DNA of 64,000 nucleotides from Gnetum montanum. Its lineage: Eukaryota; Plantae; Gnetophyta. Shown in pieces: positions 1-12,830 of the stretch. How positions within the stretch are numbered: the stretch's first letter is position 1; the number at the start of each line of letters is the position of its first letter. The notes under the pieces are model-generated. The model did no database searches and was not told the origin of the DNA. It saw only the letters and a list, made by a program, of their open reading frames with translations. A program made the position numbers and the translations under genes. The stretch spans positions 12,744-76,743 of the forward strand of contig MNCI01000161.1 of assembly GCA_015680685.1 (NCBI GenBank), written 5' to 3'.

Positions 1-273
1 AAATTGCACGATTTTCTGCTCCCGATTTGCATCTTCTCGGTATTTCGGCGTCATCTTCGCGGTGGTCCACACACATCGTTATCCCACCGTTTTGCGGTCG
101 ATCTACAATTATCATTGTTTTACTGACCCGTAAGTCCCTGTCTGATCGACAAGACCGTTCAGGGCACCGCGGATTCGTTTTTCCAGCTTAGCCCTCGCGC
201 GGATCCGTGGTAAAAACTGTGTACGCGGAATCTCGGTCGGTATTTCCAGCTGCCGACGTTTTCCGTCGTTACA
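1..273 (+). repeat. 3' end of a Tat-family LTR (3' or solo LTR, truncated by the window start)
   Basis: Ends ...TTCCGTCGTTACA at 273. It is the reverse complement of the LTR ends at 41735 and 57595 (TGTAACGACGGAAAA...GGAAATACCGA...GTACACAGTT). No PBS follows. Confidence 0.85.
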
Positions 274-2269
274 GTGCCCTCATGAAGGTAGAAAGAACTT
301 ATTTCAAGGTTGTGACCTATCACCTTAACCCAATAGTGAGTCCAAAAAAGGTGAAAGCCTTCCCCACTAAGGCATGTGTGGCTCTAAGTGGTAAATTCCC
401 CAACAACCTCCCATAGCTTATCCTCCTTAAAATAGAAAAATGTTTCAAGGAAAATGAGAAGAGTAGGAAGACACTCTCCTTTATATGCTTAATCTAAAAA
501 TTTTACAAAAGGGACGAATAGCCCATGATTCCAATGATATGGTCCACTGCATGCTTACCACATCAAGGTAGGAGATTATAAAAGACAAGACTATTGCTAA
601 GCTTCAAGAAGAGAAGGAACCACCATTACTATCTATAGTCCTAAAAACAATAACAAAGGTGTTTGAAACTACTAAATGCCTTAGAAAAATTTGAGAGAAA
701 CAACTATAGTAACAATAAGAATCTAGAGGTCGTGGAAAATTTTATGTCTTCCATCTAGCCCATCCAGCCGTGAGTCACTTCAACAAAATCACAAGATCAA
801 CAGGCTAGATAATAAGACAACATTAGTATTCTTAACACAAAGAAATTAGGGACCTATCTAACATAATACAAGTACCAAAGAAGTTACTATGTTCATTCTT
901 GGACAAGCATCTTCCAAAATTTTAGGGAATGTAGCATCCTTTTCTATCATGTTGGAGGAAGGACAAGAGGTAATGGTCCTAGTACTATTACATAAGGGCC
1001 AGGAGATAGTAGCAGAGGTGATGGTAGAGAGAGTTATAGAAAAAATTAATTCTCTTACTACAATAGTATTAGACAGTACTATCATGGCAGATATCCATGC
1101 ATCAATGTGAGTAGGTAGCGAATAGATGAATGCTACCCAATAAGAAGAAGTGTTGGAATGACTGGTGAAAGTCAAAAAATTGATTTTGGAGATCTTCAAT
1201 TTCTTGGATGGCATAATATCCAACCTATCACAACTATTAGAGATAATGAATAAGTTTCTAACTACTAATACACAACTCAAAAAGGCCACCACTACCAATT
1301 GATAATTTTCCACTGAGGTTGCAAAATTCTGAGCCTATCTCTCCAATTCTCCCATTCTTCAAGCTAAGTGAACATGAGAAGAATCTTTCCAATATCTTTA
1401 ATAGAAGTATTATAAGGTAAAGAATGCTAAGAAATTTTGACCTTTAACACATCCATGTCAAAAGCAATGGAAAACAACACTGACAAGGACCTATTGCAAG
1501 TTCACATGGGGAACTTGGTCCTTAGTAGAGATAATCATTGGTAGCAAAATTTTGAGTAAAAAAAGGATCAAATGATCAAATATATCCACCAGTAGTAGGA
1601 GAATCTTACCAAGGTGAACTTGGATTTGAGGAGATTGGCTAGTTAAAATTGGAATATTTTGATCAAGAAAGTTTATTCCCTTTACTAGAGAACTATGATT
1701 ATGATTACCACCTAGAAAAATAAAGCCCTAAAATTTAAAAAGGTGAAGCACTATAGCAACCAGGTTGGACTACTCAAGGAGGTCAATGAAAAGAAATCAA
1801 ATTGGCCAAGGTGAAGGTGAACAAGACTATCTAGCAACTTCAACAAAGAGGCAATCTAGGGCAGCCCATCTTTTCTATAGACTCAACACATACATTCAAG
1901 TACAAATCCACCTAAAGGAGTTTCATATTAAAGAGATGACAAACTACATGGAGCTTACCAACTTCCACTATGCAATCCTAACAATGCTTGCAGAAGGAAG
2001 GTTAAGGATTGAGTTAGAGAAATAGGTCATTAGCTCCTACCTCCTCTGTAAGATTGAGCTCAAGCTTCATAAAGATATAAAACAAAAGTTGGAGATAGCC
2101 AATGTAAAGCTTTAAGTTCTCAAAAGTAGATTTATAGATCAAAAAACTGTTGTTAGGAACCTAGCAATAAGGATGAATGGCTACCATGAGCCGCAAAACC
2201 TTGTCAAAACATTCAATATTAAATGTAAAACATTTGTAGCCTGGTGCATCAATATGAAGGAGATGTTTC
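274..2269 (-). pseudogene. Degenerate L1-type LINE ORF2 (reverse transcriptase region)
   Basis: Manual minus-strand translation gives remnants of QG.PLS..LF.IA.D (about 1460-1520), EFCNLSG (F...SG motif, about 1310-1330) and FWTHYW (about 330). There are many stops and frameshifts. Confidence 0.5.
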
Positions 2270-3471
2270 TATTGACCTTTTGGAATGTCAAAAGCTTAGA
2301 AAATGAAAAATGTGGAAAATTTGCTTTTGATGCTGCAGGACTTGGAAAAGACAAAATCATGATGATGATAAGGACATAAGATTAGGACAAGAGCTTACTA
2401 GTGTAAAGACAAGGACCCTAAGAAAAAGACAAAAGGCTAGATGAAGAAATCATGTTCTAGATAAGACTTTCATGATGTCAAAACACTAAGAGCAAGATGA
2501 GACCAAGACAAGTGCTAAGTTGAGATGATAAGAAGTCTCAATTGGAAAACAAAAACTACAAGGATGCATGAACCCTACAAGCTAAACAAAGATGTTTCGG
2601 TATCTTTCTGGATGTTCCAAAAGAATGGTAGATGTTCTAGAGGTGAAAACCTAGTTTCAAGCTAGATGTTCCACAAAAATAGCAAACATCCCAATTTCTT
2701 TTGAGATGTCTGACTAGGACATCCAATGTAAGACATCCTAATTTCTAGTGGGACATCCCACTTGCAAGTGGCATGTTTTCAATGAGACATCCCAAGCTCA
2801 AATAGGACATTCCAACTAGTCATTTCCTAGTCATTGCATGCATTTCAAATATTATTTGAAAAGTAAAAGGCTATAAAATAGAGTGTAATTCTTATGAAAA
2901 GATAAGCATTATTCATTAGAATATTGATTCATTTTCTACATCAAGTGAATTTTGTATGTTCCTCAATTCTTTAACATTTGTACTTTACTTTGTGTTATCT
3001 CAATTACAAGGAATTTCTAAAATATAGTTACACTCTCTTCTTGATTCTTTTTCTATCTTTGTAGCCATGCAGGGTTGATGTGCTCCTTGTGAGAATCCAT
3101 CTTTTGAGGTTCTTAGGCCCTTACAGGGTTAAGTGTCTTTCCAAAAAGAAAACTCTCCGTGCAAATCTCATGTCATTGTAAAGGTTGTGGAATCCTTGAA
3201 ATAGTATTTTGAGCTTGTTGGAAGCTTACAAGGTTGAGCATGTTTCCTACGAGAAAATACTCTATGCAAAGCTCAAACTTTATAAAGGTTGTGGTGCCCT
3301 CTAAACCACATTTTTTAAGGAATAAAGTTTGGAGGTATGTAATGATTCTAGCTTTTGAGTGCATACATACCCAAGTTGGAGAACCATGTAAATTTTGTGT
3401 GTGATTTTAGTTTTCTTAGTTATTCTAATTGGGGAACTTATTCAACCCCTCTTCTAAGTTCTCAGTCCTCT
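2270..3471 (+). repeat. 5' LTR of the SIRE-like element
   Basis: Colinear with 7742-8946. Termini are decayed (TA...CT). Contains repeated GACATCCCA/GATGTTCC motifs and a TATA box (about 2872). Confidence 0.88.
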
Positions 3472-3473
3472 AG

Positions 3474-3486
3474 TGGTATCGGAGCC
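3474..3486 (+). other. Primer binding site, tRNA-iMet
   Basis: TGGTATCGGAGCC directly after the 5' LTR (consensus TGGTATCAGAGC). Confidence 0.85.
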
Positions 3487-3521
3487 CAATACTCTCAATT
3501 TTTGAGCTTAACATCTTTAGA

Positions 3522-5240
3522 ATGAATGATGGAAGGGATATCATACACTAAGCCACCAATGTTTGACAAAATTGAATTCACATACTAGAAGGCTAGAATG
3601 CAAGGATTCTTCAAATCCATGGAGTTCAAAGTCTAAGAGTCCATTCTTGAAGTATACATGCCACCAATCAATAGCACCATAAGAACTACCAAGCTAAGAA
3701 GAAAATTGATGCAAGATGAAAAAGATAAGTTCATGTTTGATTTAAAACCAAAAACTTTTCTTTATTGCACTTTGAGTAGATTTGAATTTAATAGAGTAGC
3801 TAGGTGCAAAACTGTGAAAGAAATTTGGAACACTCTAGAAGTAACATATGAAGGTACATATGTTGTTAAAAAATCTATTCTAATGTTATAAAGTGAGTAT
3901 GAGAAGCTTAAAATGAAAGAAGGAGAGAAAATCAAGGACTATCTTTCTAAAGCAAATGATTTAGTTGTAGCCATGCATGGGACTAGAAAATATTTATTTG
4001 AAATCAATGTGATTATTAAAATGATTAAAAATTTGTAGCCTAAGTTTAGACCAAAAGTTACAACCATGAAGGAAATTAGAGATTTCTCTATTTAAAAATT
4101 TCAAGATCTTCAAAGTGTACTCATTGCTTATGAGATGAATCTCATTAGTAAATGTGCTATCAAGGAAAATTCATTTGCACTATATCAAAGAAGGAGTCAT
4201 CTAAACATGAAGCTAATAGTAAATATGAATTGGCTCTCTCTTCTAGAAGAGTTTAAAGATTACTTACATGAAAAGGCAAGAGCTTCAACCAATCTAACAT
4301 CAAAGGTAAGGAAACAGGTAAGAATTTTAAAAGTTCAAATCTTGATGCATCCTCTATCAAATGTTGGGTTAGTGATGATATAGGTCATGTGGCCTTCGAA
4401 TGTCCAAGTCTTAATAGGTTTACAAAGAAGGATCAATCTAAAGCTGATACGAAAAAGAAAAATATTTACACCAGTTTGAATGATGAACAAAGTGAAGAAG
4501 GAATGGATGATACCTCCACAAATTCACATCTTATTTTTATGGCCCTTGTTAATGAAGATCCAACAATAGAAACTAAAGAACCAAAAGGGACTATTAAAGA
4601 AAGATATGACTTATTATGCAATGAAATTATACCCTTTCAAAGTCTATGCATTAAATTGAAGAAGGCATTAAATGATAATGATTCAAAGTTATCCCAACTC
4701 AATCAAAAATACTTGAATCTCTCACAAGAAAACTCAAACCTAAGGGCTAAGAATCAAAAACTAACATCCTCATGTGAGTAGATTGTAAAAGAGCTTGCAA
4801 ATACAATGCTTATAAATGAAGGACTTATTAAAGGAAATGAGATCCTACAAATAGTTTATGACAAGGAAGATATCCACATGAAAAAAGTGGATTGGGAAGT
4901 CATCATCAAAATGAGGCATCTTCAACCACATCATTCAAATGGAATTACACTCTAAGGTTTGATCATCTTACCCAAGTAAGAAAAACTAAGTGTTATTATT
5001 GTGGTAAGTATGGGCATAAATACTCAAATTATCATTTAAAAACAAAACATTATCATATGAATATTTGGTTATACAATATGAATCCTTGGTCTTATCCAAA
5101 GGTGCCTATCAATAATACCTTTTAGGTCAAAAAAGTATGGAGGATCATACAGAAGAAGGAGGAACAAAGAGCTTATACTCATGCTATAAAGCAAACCATA
5201 AAGAACTTCACAAGGGGACATCAGACATATGGGATACAAG
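3522..5240 (+). pseudogene. gag: Copia/SIRE gag (UBN2-like region plus CCHC zinc knuckles), disrupted
   Basis: KPPMFD...Y*KARMQ, EFNRVARCKTVKEIWNTLEVTYEGT, GHVAFECP and KCYYCGKYGH. Contains multiple stops. Confidence 0.85.
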
Positions 5241-5747
5241 ATATTTGTACTAATAATAAAGGAGGAACTCCAAAGAAAGAACCTCATTTTAAATCTACAT
5301 GAACATCACACCATCTTAAGAGCAAGCAAGATAAGTATAGGTAAGTATTAATAAAAATTTTCCTTGGTTTGCATTATGTTTTTAGCTTTGTTTTATAGTT
5401 AAAACTATACTTAGCAGCATCCCCTTTAACCCTAATTCATATCATATTATCATAGCCTAAAAAGCACCAACTTCATGTTGGGATGTTCCATTATTTTGTG
5501 AGACATCCCACCTACGACATCCCATATATTTTTAGGATGTCTAATTGTGTTTAGACCCAACTCAAGTGAGACATCTCATTTTTTTTGAAACATCCCAATT
5601 TGTGATTAAAACCCTTGTAATGGCATCAACTCTATATAGCTTATCATCAATTTTTCTCATTTTATCCTACTCAAGCATTAGATGTCCTAGCAAAGTTTCC
5701 TAGGACCTCTTTCTTGTTGCATTTCTAGTCCATTTTTGCTCAAATCC

Positions 5748-7258
5748 ATGGCACATAAGAAGATTGGTACATCAAGGGTACCTCCTCGTAAGGGAAAAGC
5801 ATAGAGGAAGCTTCTACAAGTAAATAAACACTTATCAACCCCAATTTTAATCTATAGATGCTCAGGATTTGTTTGAGGTAACTTGTTTAATCTCCATTAT
5901 CTCTAAAAGGAGTCTTAGTTTTCAACAATAACCTTAGGAGAAGTTAACAACATTTTTTCAAGTAATGTGTTGGGCTTCAATTATCTCTATGACTTATTGT
6001 GTACTTAAGATTTTGATTAGATAATTCTATTGTGATATTACAATTACTAATGTTGTTTTTGGGGCTTTCACATCTATTATTGGAAGTATTGGAATTGAGC
6101 TTTCACCTCAAGTGGCAAATTCTATACTTGGGATTTCAAGCTTTGAATTGCATAGGGTTACTATACATTCTATGAATGACATTTTTACCAATGGTGTGAT
6201 TCCGATTTCTCATGATGGATTTTATGATATCATTTTTGGTAATTCTCCATATTTGAGATGTGGAAAAGTATATAGGCATCAAATATCATATGATGCTTCC
6301 ACTCTCTCACTTATTGTCTTAATAACATTATTGTAAAAGGGTGAAGCTACAATTATAAGTTTCTAGCATAAGCCTTTTTCCTATATTTTCCTCTAACCAA
6401 GTAACCTTTAAATTTGGAGTACATTATTTATAGGGACATGTTGGTTTTATTTACCATAAAGAGAGTTTATGGACACCATCTTCTTATCAGCTTATTAATT
6501 TGTTAGGTATGTATCCCTATTTCGAATATGGCTCTTCTCAAAGGGAAGAGAAGTCTTGTAGAATTTTTGGAAAAGAGGAGAATCACACTTGTAGATTTTG
6601 AAGTCTCTACTTCTCCACCTATGGCCTCTCCTCAGCTCAGGAGGTCTAAATTTGTACATGCTCAAGTGAAGTCTACCATAAAGAAGGTCCTAAAATCCTT
6701 TGCCAAAATATTTGGAATGACTTGATGAGATCTCTCGTACATTCATAAGAGAATGAATGCAGTAGACCTTCCACCTCCTTTAGATAGTCAACATTTTGAG
6801 GAGATTACTAGTACTCATTGGCTAGATAATGATGAAGACATTCCAACTCTAGCTAGCCATTCCATAGTAGCTAGGCCATCCCAAGGGTATGACTCAAGTA
6901 ATGCATCTAATTCTAAGGATCTTGCTACACCACCTACACATGTCCAAGGGAAGTTTATTCCTCATTCCAAGAAGACTTGATTGAATTTAGATGTACCAAG
7001 AGAATGTTCCTTAATCTTTTGAGTAGTAAGTGATGGAAAGCATTTTTGGTGCCATAGCTCATTATAAGTAAGCTGCTCCCAAAACATACCAAAGGAAGGG
7101 TTCTTCATCTTCTTTGTAGGATTCATATCATCCCCTTTTATCATCACAGTTTCAAGTAAAGCTTCATCCCTAAAGATCCTATCATAGTATCTTCTTCCAA
7201 TGATAATGAATAGTGGGTCTCCAACTCCAACACCAGCAACGATGATGATGAGGAGTAG
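5748..7258 (+). pseudogene. Sirevirus env-like/accessory 3' ORF, disrupted
   Basis: Starts MAHKKIG...RKGK, contains LIR*FYCDI and LSPQVANSILGI (V.EFY / I..ILG.P-type motifs of plant retroelement accessory ORFs) and ends in acidic DDDEE*. Lies between gag and the PPT. Confidence 0.65.
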
Positions 7259-7727
7259 ACTTACTAGCCCACTTATGTATCTTTTAACTCTAATGAGGAT
7301 GATGATGATATTAAGGTTAGGTTGTGTCTAAATAGGAGAAGATTTATTATGGCTATGTGCATACTTATGGACATATAGTTGTATGGTTTGGATAGTTGAA
7401 CATGTTGTCATGCTATGTGCACTTTTTGTTTGGTATACATTGGGGATAGGTTGTGACATGTATGTTAACTATATATAAGAGTATAGTTTATTCTTGAATT
7501 ATGTTTTATGGATAGATATGGACAAGGAAATTTTCTAATGTTTCCATTTCCTTGTGTTGCCCTCTTGTGAGTTTAGCTAATGGATATGTGCTCGTGTAAT
7601 GTTTCCCTTTATCTTTCTTGCTACCATAGGATTATTAATGAATATATATATATAATTTCTATTTATTGCTTGATAATATGATATTATGGAATATGATAAC
7701 CCATTTTCTTAGGTTTTGGACATCACT

Positions 7728-7740
7728 AAAAAGGGGGAGA
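7728..7740 (+). other. Polypurine tract
   Basis: AAAAAGGGGGAGA immediately before the 3' LTR TG. Confidence 0.88.
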
Positions 7741-7741
7741 T

Positions 7742-8946
7742 TGTTGACCTTTTGGTATGTCAAAACATTAGAAAAAGGAAAATGTGAAAAATGTGCTCGT
7801 GATCTTACAAGACTTCGAAAAGATAAAATAATGATGATGAAAAGGACATAAGATCATAAAAATAGCTTATTTATGTAAAGAAAAGGACTCCCTGAGAATG
7901 AGATAAGAGGTTAGATGAAGAAATAATATTTAAGACAAGAGATTCATGGTGTCAAAATAGTAACAGCAAGATGAAACCAAAATGAGAGTTGAGTTGAGAT
8001 GAAAAGAATTCTCAACTTAAAAATGAAGACTAAAAGGATGCATGAAGCCTAAAAGGTAAAAAAAGATGTTTTGGTATCTACATAAATGTCCAAAAAGATC
8101 AGTAGATGTCCTAGACATGAAGACTTAGTTTTAGGCCAGATGTCCCACAAAAACAACAAATGTTCCAATTGTTGTTGACACATCCTAGCTGGGATGTCCC
8201 AAGTAAGACACCCTAATTTCTGATGGAAAATCCCACCTTCAAGTGGTCTATTTTCAATTACACATCCCAAGATTGAATACGATGTCCCAACTAGCCATTT
8301 CCTAGCCATTGCATGCATTCTGAGGATTATTCAGAAAGTAAAAGGTAATAAAATAGGATGAAATTCTTGTGAAAAAGACAAGCACTATTCATGAGAATAT
8401 TCATTATTTTTCTACATAAAGTGACTTTGTTATGTTTCTTAATCCATTATCATTTATAATTTTTTTTGTGTGAGCACAATTGTAAGGAATTTGTAAAGTG
8501 TAGTTACACTCTCTCCTTGATTCTTTTTATCTCTTTGTAGCCCTACAGGGTTGATGTGCTTCTTGAGAGAAGGCATCTTGTGAGCTTGTTTGGATGTTAT
8601 GAATTTGAGTGTGTTTCCATCAAGAAAACACTCCATGTGGAGCTCACATCATTGCAAAAGCTATGGGATCCTTGAAACCACATTTTGAGCTTGTTGGGAC
8701 TGTATAGGGTTAAGTGTGTTTCCTATGAGAAAATACTTCATGTGGAGCTCAAAATTTGTAAAGGTTATGATGCCCTCTAAACCACATTTTTAAAAGAACA
8801 AGGTCTAAAGGTGTTCAAGGATCCTACCCTCCAAGTGTGGATGTACCCAAGTTGGGGAACTATGTAAATTTGTGTGCAGTTTTGGTTATCTTGGTTGTTC
8901 GAATTGGGGAACTTATTCAACCCCACTTCTAAGTTCTTGATCCTCA
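7742..8946 (+). repeat. 3' LTR of the SIRE-like element
   Basis: TGTTGACC...TCCTCA, followed by the TSD copy ATTTC. Confidence 0.9.
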
Positions 8947-8951
8947 ATTTC

Positions 8952-9220
8952 ATTCATTTCCATGTCCATAGAACATCCCTATACCAACTAATCTAGGTGA
9001 AGCAGCCTAAATCATATATGATCCATGGAGCAAAGAGGAGAACATGAAGGTACTCTTGAATGCCTTCAAATTTCCACTAGCAACAGCAATAGCAGTAGGA
9101 TAGCCTCAATCTCTAACAACACTGGGATGTGATGAAATACCATCAAAGCCACATGCACCTCCATCTCCAAGCACTATGTAAAGACTTCATCCCACCTCCA
9201 TCCATTCAACAGGATCCTAC
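8952..9220 (-). pseudogene. Possible LINE endonuclease C-terminal remnant (continuation of 274-2269)
   Basis: Minus-strand RILLNG.W.EVF...HHIPVLLEI resembles the DR.LVN..W...F...SDH.P.LL motif of APE endonucleases. Confidence 0.35.
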
Positions 9221-9299
9221 TTGTTTTTTATCTAAGTAGCCACATTTTTGTTGTAAAATGTATCATTTTTTATAATCCATACACTATGGCACTCAAAGT

Positions 9300-9733
9300 C
9301 AATCAAATTCAAGTTATTAGTTAGTAAGTTAATAAAATTCCATACTCCCACAAATTTTGTAAGATGCTCAATCCAATTTTAATTTACTTGAGGATGAGTC
9401 TTCAATTAATCATGGGAATATGAGGAAATATCAATAAGACAAGTTGTGTTAATGCAAGCCCATCAATAACACAAGTTGCATCAACTCAACCCTATCAACG
9501 TATCCTCATCAATGAATCTTAGGATGCATTGACATCGGTATGTTGATGCTAATACAAGCATTACCTATATAAATATGCATACCTCTTACATCTATGACAT
9601 CATTCAATCATTACCTTAGCTGAACTCTTACAATTTCTTCTCATAAAAGTTAGAATATTTTTCCTCTCACTACCAATAGTGTGGATTCAAGTAATTGTAT
9701 AGCATTTTATTCAAGTGCATCTGTACGTTGACA
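9300..9733 (+). mobile_element. 3' fragment of a gypsy element with a short LTR (about 9421-9733)
   Basis: CTTGAGGATGAGTCTT...GGGAATA followed by TG...CA of about 310 bp with a TATA box. This resembles chromovirus pol-end/PPT/LTR junctions. Confidence 0.35.
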
Positions 9734-10164
9734 CATTTTCATGAACAAAAATAAAATCAAGATTTCTTCTATCCATTGTAGTACTTAGATTAGCATAATT
9801 TTACTTTTCAACACTTTACTTTACACACAATTTACTTTATTATTATTATTAAACAATTAACATTATAGTTTATAAGTAATATGAGTACAACCACTTCAAA
9901 CAAAATATATTAACATTTCATAATTTTAGTAATGGATACTAGGTATGTCAAGTAGTAGACACTTGACAACCCAACAACATTAGTATAGGTTTAGGATGTG
10001 TATGAAAAGTAAGAAAAAATGCTTTATGTTAGGCAAATTAATTAACTAAGTAGTTAATTGATTGGTTAATTTAAATATTAAATCTTTATTTACTTATTCA
10101 TTTAGAAATAGAGAAAATAATAAAAAGCATAAAAATAAATATCTTATGCCTAGCACTTAACCAT

Positions 10165-10818
10165 ATGTAGAGATTAGCTCAACTTTTGATTGGGAAGAAA
10201 ATGAGTAACAATTACATATTTCACCATCTAGGAATATTGGTCACTTACCATAAAATTTCACCAAATTGCACATACATGCTAGTGAATCATATGGTTGCAT
10301 GTAGAGAAAACCCACTATTCATCAATAACTATTCTTTAACTCTGTATAGTTCCATTAGGAATAAATAGATATGATCATCTAATTTCTAGTTTATCACATT
10401 TCATTATGCAATCAAAAATTTTGTTTACAAATTTAAAAAATATTGTCTTGCCTATTCAGGTTTGAGTAACTAAAGATGCATGTTAATAACTTCTCGTAAA
10501 AGTTAACTTGAAAAGTTTAGAAATTCATGTTATGGACCCCTTGTATAGTAATCTGGAGTGTACTAATGAAATAGGTGTAATTTTCCAATTTTTAGAAGTA
10601 AAGCATGAACTGATTTGTAGAGACATAAAGTTTACAAATAAGTATGAAAGCAAGTGTTTCATATAGATAAGCCAAAATAAAGAAATGATTATAACTATGG
10701 AGTCTACGTGTTGTTATACATAATTTTCTTGATTTCTGGGAAGCAAATTAAATTCTATAGTACCCAAATACCAATTTACAAAAGAAAAATTTTATGTGAT
10801 TTATTAACACTCATTTGA
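10165..10818 (+). pseudogene. Ulp1-like (peptidase C48) SUMO-protease domain, disrupted
   Basis: Motifs occur in the correct order: LAQLLIGKKMSNNYIFHHL (L..L....L.D..I..Y), IVLPIQV...LLVKVNLKSLEIHVMDPLY, and DKPK*RNDYNYGVYVLLY...FYSTQIPIYKRKILCDLL (P.Q.N..DCG.Y.L.Y). The last motif is restored by single transitions (TAA from CAA, AAC from GAC, TAT from TGT). Frameshifts lie between the blocks. Confidence 0.75.
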
Positions 10819-11000
10819 TAGAAGTGAACTTGAGAATTGTATAATTAGAGAGCTAATACTATGAAACTATTTGAATGTTTAATCTTTTTATATTTTTTAA
10901 ATTACTTCATTATCAATGAGTTTCTATTTGCATTTATTCAATGTGTTAAATTCACTTTTTATGTTACAACATTATTCCATAATGTTACATTTGTTTCTAG

Positions 11001-11610
11001 AATTACTTATTACTATGTGAAAAATATTACAAATAATGATGATGAGCCAAATCCAAAGATAACTAACAAACTAGCAGTACTAGATCTTAATGGAGAGTTA
11101 TTAAAAGATGTTTGTCATGTATCTAGTAGTGAGTTAAAGAATTATAGGAGGAATTTCAATGTTCACCTAGGAAACAAGTACTATTTCTTTAGACTAGGTG
11201 TTAAGGAGTTCCTCAAGAAACTTGGATTGAGCAGCAAAGAATATGCTATCTAGTCATCTATACATAGTCATAATGTAAAAATAATTAGTAACTATTTGCT
11301 TGATAATGTTGACAAAAAATCAAAATTCATTTGATCACAAAGTGAATGCTCCTCATTTTATTCAAAAGATACCATACTACCAACATTTAAAAAGCCACTA
11401 TATAAGATCATCAATAACTATCATGATGATCATAAATGGAGAGACATTGTTATTATGGATGATACTATGATGAATATCTTTAAAGATAATAGAAGATACT
11501 TAATTCTTACTTAGACTTATGATCCTAGAAACTTCAAGAATAACTACTTATTAGAAATATTATTTCCTAGACTAACAAAACAATGCAAAAACATTTTACC
11601 TTTGAAGTAA
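11001..11610 (+). pseudogene. FCP1/NIF-like HAD-superfamily phosphatase domain, disrupted
   Basis: One frame after the acceptor TTTCTAG (11000): KLAVLDLNGELL, FFRLGVKEFL, AI*SS, FI*SQSEC, KPLYKI, IVIMDD, TYDPRNFKNNYLLEILFPRL. There are four in-frame stops, two at conserved Trp positions. Confidence 0.85.
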
Positions 11611-11788
11611 AGTTAGGAACAATAATTTTTTAATGAAAATTTAACTTGTACAAGAACTTTAAATGTTATTGTTTACTTCAAATATTATGTAAACATATAT
11701 TTATTATATTGATTGCTTTTTCAAATGGTATGATCAATGTTCTTTAATAATGATTGTTTAGCGTCATCATATAATATATTTTATAATT

Positions 11789-12830
11789 GTTAATAGATAG
11801 TATGTGCATTTAGTCTTGATAGAAGTAGAAAGCTCCTCAACATTATGGCCTCATGGATTAAGAAATGAATTATTGCTTCATGGCTTAGGAGAAACAAATG
11901 CCACATCAAATATAAGCATAGAAATCATAACCAAAGGATTTAGTCATCAAGAAGAAAGACCCCTTGAAATCATGGATGATGTGGTGCAAGAACACCTCTT
12001 CCAATTCATTTTTCTCATTCCGTACAATTGTGTTGTAGGCTTCAAACTTAAGAAGACATCTTTGAGGATAGGAAGATGTCTTGCCTAAGAGATATTGCTA
12101 ACAAAAGACTTTTTGGACCCTAACAAGATGTCTTACTAAAATTGTTGCCTTCACGAGGAAGACATCTTATAGGAAGGAAGATGTCTTGTGTAAGACATAT
12201 CGTACCAGGATAAGACATCTTGTCCAAGAAGGAGACATCTTGTCCACATAAAAGATGTCTCCCTTGCAAGCTAGGATTTGACAGAAAACGTTTTCCCAAG
12301 GCTAGAGATATGTTGTATGATTAGAAAAATTTTGGAAATTCATCATTCTAGTTCAAAAAATAGCTAGGAGATTATGGGAGAAGGATCGAAATAACATGAT
12401 ATCATTTAGTTGAGTTGAGAAAAGGTTTCTAGGTATCTTATATCCTTATTATCAATAAATATTAGTTCTTCATGCTTATATAAAGAGAAAGGAAGAGAGT
12501 TCATGAGACTTCTCACTAAGATCTCTTAAGTTAATGAGAGCTTGGGCAACAAATGAGAGAGAACATTGAGTAAGTGCATAAAGATTGTAGCTCCAAGATC
12601 AATTGTGTGTGTGTTGACCTATGTATTCTAGTCTTGCTTGTGAGTTGTGATCTCATTTTTGGGTTTTCAGAGAATTTCTCTATTGGTTGGTCCTTGCATT
12701 AAAAATAACTATTATGTGGTTTTAGAGCCTTATGCTCTACAACATTGTTTGAGTGTGAAATATTTTGGATATTTTTGAGTTGTGGAATCCCATTGTAATC
12801 TTCTAATCAATTAATGGAAGATAGCGAGTT
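11789..12830 (+). repeat. LTR-like fragment (probable solo LTR, ends uncertain)
   Basis: Starts TGTT. Has clustered AGACATCT/AGATGTCT repeats (12050-12270), a TATA box at about 12477 and GA-rich sequence after it. The architecture resembles the LTR at 27450-28007. Confidence 0.4.

Larger units (their letters stand above)
2270..8946 (+). mobile_element. Sirevirus (SIRE)-like Ty1/copia LTR retrotransposon, non-autonomous (gag plus env-like ORF, no pol)
   Basis: Two LTRs of about 1.2 kb, PBS-Met, PPT AAAAAGGGGGAGA, near-perfect TSD GTTTC/ATTTC, a Sirevirus-type U5 motif (ATTCAACCCC..TTCTA) and copia gag motifs. Confidence 0.9.

Noticed and set aside
858-1313. 151-aa minus-strand ORF as a host gene
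   Set aside because: No recognisable domain; it lies within the degenerate LINE remnant.
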